In this document: positions 24,569 through 27,019 of the stretch, piece after piece
How the letters are laid out: each line of letters opens with the position of its first letter
How positions within the stretch are numbered: the stretch's first letter is position 1
Assembly: GCF_050946325.1 (NCBI RefSeq)
Contig: NZ_JBMNUP010000011.1
Location: forward strand, 1 to 27,019
Reading direction: 5' to 3'
DNA: 27,019 nt
Source of the DNA: Agathobaculum sp.
GTDB lineage: Bacteria; Bacillota; Clostridia; Oscillospirales; Butyricicoccaceae
Made by a program: the position numbers and the translations under genes
Notes under the pieces: generated by a model
Told to the model about the DNA's origin: nothing
The model's database searches: none
What the model saw: only the letters and a program-made list of their open reading frames with translations

Positions 24569-27019
24569 ATGAAACGAATGCTGAGCGGCCTGCTGGCCGT
24601 GTTTATGCTGTATACCACGGCATTTGCTGCGAACGATACCGCCGCGCCGGACGGGCAGCAGAGCGCCGCGCCCGTGCTGGCGTTTGCCGTCTCTCTGCCG
24701 GAGGATTTTGACCAGAGCAAGTGGGAGCAGACCGCGGCGGATTTGCAGGCCGTACTGGAAGGCCGCCTGGCCCAGCTCGGTCTGGAAGGGGCCGCAGTTG
24801 CCGTCGACGGCGACCGGAAAACCGTGACCGTTACCCTGCCGGAAGGCGCGGAGACCGAGGGCGTCGCGGAATTTCTGGCGATGACGAACGCGCTGTCTAT
24901 CACGGCATCGGACGATGCGCCCGCGCTGACGGGCGCCGATGTAACGGCCGCCGAGGCCGGACTGGAAAACGAAGCCGCGTATTTGCAGCTGACCCTGTCC
25001 GACGACGCGCGGAAGGCGCTTGCCGCGCTTGAGGCGGACGCGGTGCTGACGGTAACGCTGGACGGCGAAGCCGTCGGCAAAAAGGCGGTATATCACGCGG
25101 ACGACGGACTGCTGACCCTGTCCGGCGGCTTTGATCTGGACGGCGCCAAGCTGCTCTCTGCCCGCGTCATGGCAGGGGAGCTGCCCGCCGCGCTGACCCC
25201 GCAGCAGCCGGAGCCGACCGAACCCACCGACCCGACCGAACCGACCGAACCCACGGACCCCGCCGAGCCGGCCGAACCCACGGACCCCGCCGAGCCGACC
25301 GAGCCTGCCGAGCCTGTCTTTCCCGATATGGCCGGCCACTGGGCCGAGCAGCAGCTCAAAATGGGCGTGCAGATGGGACTGATTAAGGGAATTAACGGCA
25401 AAATCATGCCGGACAGCCCTGTCAAGCGCTCGGAAGCGATCACCATGCTCAACCGTGCGCTGGGCACTGCGGCAGAGGCAGAGGACCTTTCCGGCCTTAC
25501 GGCCGTGCCCGAAAAGGCGTGGTACCGCACCGAGCTGGCCAAGGGCCTGCACATCGGCCTGATGCAAGCGGAGGACGGCCGCAATTTTGACGCGCCGGCC
25601 ACCCGTGCGGAGGCGTTTGTGCTGTTTGCCCGCGCCTTCGGCTATGACCGCGCGCCCGTGGAGCGGGATTCCTTCAGCGTGTTCACCGATACGGCCGCGA
25701 TGACGGCCGAGCAGCGCCGCGCAGCTTCCGAGCTGGTGGCGGCCGGCATCGTCAAGGGCGATACGGCGACCAAACTTGCCCCCGCCGCGCCGCTGACGCG
25801 CGCGCAGTTCGTCACCATGTTGACGCGCATTGCCTGCAACACGCTGGACGAGGGCGAATATACGCCGGAAACGGCCGGCGGTACGCTGCTGCGCGCGCCC
25901 AAAAACACCATCAAAGAAGCAGCGCCGGAGGGCGACCTGATTTTCGCCTGTCCGGCGGAAAATGCCGTTCTGGACGGCGTGACCCAGACCGGCCGCGTTG
26001 TGCTCAAGGGCATGGAGGATATAACGTTCACCGCGAAGAACGAAACAAGCATGGGCGTACTGGCTGCCGACCCTGCGGGCGACGCGGAAATCGCGCTGCA
26101 AAGCGGTTCGCAGGCGGAAACGCTGCTGATTGCCGGAACGGGTGGCAAGGTTTCCTTTTCCGGCAAGGCAGGGCAGATTGAAATCACCTCTACCGGCCGC
26201 GAAATCGACCTGACCGGCATGGAAGCCGAAACGCTGACCATTACGGGCAGCGGCAACACCATTGTGATGAACGGCAAGGCGAACACCGTACAGATTGCGG
26301 GCGGCGCCCGCAATACAACGCTGACGCTCAACCGCCAGACGGAAACGCTGGTGGTTGCCGGCATCGGCAGCACCGTTAAGGGCCGCGGCAGAGCCGAACA
26401 GGTGGACATCCGCGCGCTGGACTGCAAAGTGACCGTGCCGGCGGCTTCCAAGCTGGAAAATATCGACGCCGGCCTTGCGGGCGTGGGCATCCGCTTTGGC
26501 GTGCCCGACCGTGTGCTGCCCGGCGGCTCGCTCAACACGCAGGTCACCTTTACGGGCGTGGAGGAGGAGAAGATCGTCCGCGCCGAATGGTACCAGGACG
26601 GCAAGCCGATTCCGGGCTGCGCCAACGCGCAGTTTTCGCTCACGGCCGACCGCGTATCCAAGCACACGAGCTACTTTACCTTTACCAAGGATATGAAGCT
26701 GAGCGTGACCATGGGCTTTAAGCTGACCTATGAAAATCCCTCGACCGGCGAGACCGAGGAGGTTTACGAAGAGGTCACTGTGCCGATCGAAAACCATTCG
26801 GACGAGTGGTATTACCAGCGCGACGTCAACCGTGTGCTCAATCTGGTATCCTCTACTTACCGCGGCAACTATACCACCGCTTACGCCGTTCAAAACGACT
26901 ATAAGCCGTATGAAAAGGAAGTCTGGGTCAACGCCAAGGGATATTCCAGCCGCTCCCAGTACCTGCTCTGGATTAACCGCGCGTACCAGCATGTCAATGT
27001 GTTTACAGGCTCCAAGGGC
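24569..27019 (+). CDS. large secreted cell-wall protein (3' partial): signal peptide, SecD-P1-like module, PT/E linker, 3 SLH domains, beta-helix-like repeats, Ig-like region, start of YkuD L,D-transpeptidase domain
   Basis: Not in the ORF track because it has no stop in the window. My own translation gives 817 uninterrupted codons to the window edge. MKRMLSGLLAVFMLYTTAFA signal peptide. Three SLH-like units (FPDMAGHWAEQQL..., ...ATRAEAFVLFARAFG, FTDTAAM...LTRAQFVTMLTRI). The end, SQYLLWINRAYQHVNVFTGSKG, resembles the start of YkuD domains. Confidence 0.85.
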   Translation, partial: MKRMLSGLLAVFMLYTTAFAANDTAAPDGQQSAAPVLAFAVSLPEDFDQSKWEQTAADLQAVLEGRLAQLGLEGAAVAVDGDRKTVTVTLPEGAETEGVAEFLAMTNALSITASDDAPALTGADVTAAEAGLENEAAYLQLTLSDDARKALAALEADAVLTVTLDGEAVGKKAVYHADDGLLTLSGGFDLDGAKLLSARVMAGELPAALTPQQPEPTEPTDPTEPTEPTDPAEPAEPTDPAEPTEPAEPVFPDMAGHWAEQQLKMGVQMGLIKGINGKIMPDSPVKRSEAITMLNRALGTAAEAEDLSGLTAVPEKAWYRTELAKGLHIGLMQAEDGRNFDAPATRAEAFVLFARAFGYDRAPVERDSFSVFTDTAAMTAEQRRAASELVAAGIVKGDTATKLAPAAPLTRAQFVTMLTRIACNTLDEGEYTPETAGGTLLRAPKNTIKEAAPEGDLIFACPAENAVLDGVTQTGRVVLKGMEDITFTAKNETSMGVLAADPAGDAEIALQSGSQAETLLIAGTGGKVSFSGKAGQIEITSTGREIDLTGMEAETLTITGSGNTIVMNGKANTVQIAGGARNTTLTLNRQTETLVVAGIGSTVKGRGRAEQVDIRALDCKVTVPAASKLENIDAGLAGVGIRFGVPDRVLPGGSLNTQVTFTGVEEEKIVRAEWYQDGKPIPGCANAQFSLTADRVSKHTSYFTFTKDMKLSVTMGFKLTYENPSTGETEEVYEEVTVPIENHSDEWYYQRDVNRVLNLVSSTYRGNYTTAYAVQNDYKPYEKEVWVNAKGYSSRSQYLLWINRAYQHVNVFTGSKG
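25207..25315 (+). repeat. in-frame Pro/Thr/Glu/Asp/Ala-coding low-complexity repeat, including a 27-nt tandem duplication
   Basis: Encodes PEPTEPTDPTEPTEPTDPAEPAEPTDPAEPTEPAEP. GAACCCACGGACCCCGCCGAGCCG occurs at 25247-25270 and again at 25274-25297, with a 27-nt period. Confidence 0.8.

Noticed and set aside
25207-25315. Possible CRISPR-like or other non-coding repeat array
   Set aside because: The period is 6/27 nt, it is in-frame within a continuous ORF, there are no spacers, and it encodes a PT/E linker.
24350-26992. The 5' 880 codons of the 1326-aa minus-strand ORF
   Set aside because: Arg/Gly/Ala/His-rich low complexity, no RBS and no domains. It lies antisense to a + strand gene with promoter, RBS, signal peptide and SLH motifs. 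The real minus-strand gene starts at 24349.
600-27019. Sigma-54 (-24/-12, TGGCAC-N5-TTGCW) promoters that would link rpoN to local genes
   Set aside because: The TGGCAC occurrences I saw (for example near 611, 10545 and 17302) lack a TTGC element at the correct spacing or lie inside coding sequence. No enhancer-binding protein gene is in the window.

Overview
High-GC Clostridia-type chromosomal segment from a spore former (spoVAC-AD-AE present). An Oscillospiraceae/Ruminococcaceae-like origin is only a guess from composition and gene content. Most of the window is housekeeping. On the + strand: a threonine-aldolase-family PLP enzyme, gyrA, glutamine-dependent nadE, a VanZ-like protein, tyrA, an MFS transporter, rpoN (sigma-54), spoVAC/AD/AE, a Dus-family tRNA-dihydrouridine synthase, a tandem glycine riboswitch driving an alanine/glycine:cation symporter, and a small lipoprotein. 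On the - strand: an ECF-transporter S component, a HAD phosphatase, and an FHA-domain::RodA/FtsW (SEDS) fusion translationally coupled to a class B PBP. Two regions deserve attention. (1) A roughly 2 kb low-GC island (about 10121-12105) starts immediately after the rpoN stop codon. It holds two decayed TnpV-like gene relics plus an intact, self-promoted ECF sigma factor and an overlapping single-pass membrane partner with an unrecognised extracytoplasmic domain. (2) At the right end, the longest ORF in the supplied track (23012..26992, minus strand) is chimeric. Only its 3' 445 codons (23012..24349, a zinc-ribbon/TM/coiled-coil/LprI-like protein) look real. The rest is antisense shadow of a + strand gene missing from the track because it has no stop codon in the window (24569..>27019). 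That gene encodes a signal peptide, a SecD-P1-like module, a Pro/Thr/Glu linker, 3 SLH domains, beta-helix-like repeats and the start of a YkuD L,D-transpeptidase domain. I saw no CRISPR array, tRNA/rRNA, recombinase or recognisable defence or toxin-antitoxin system. All homology calls are motif recognition by eye, not database searches.
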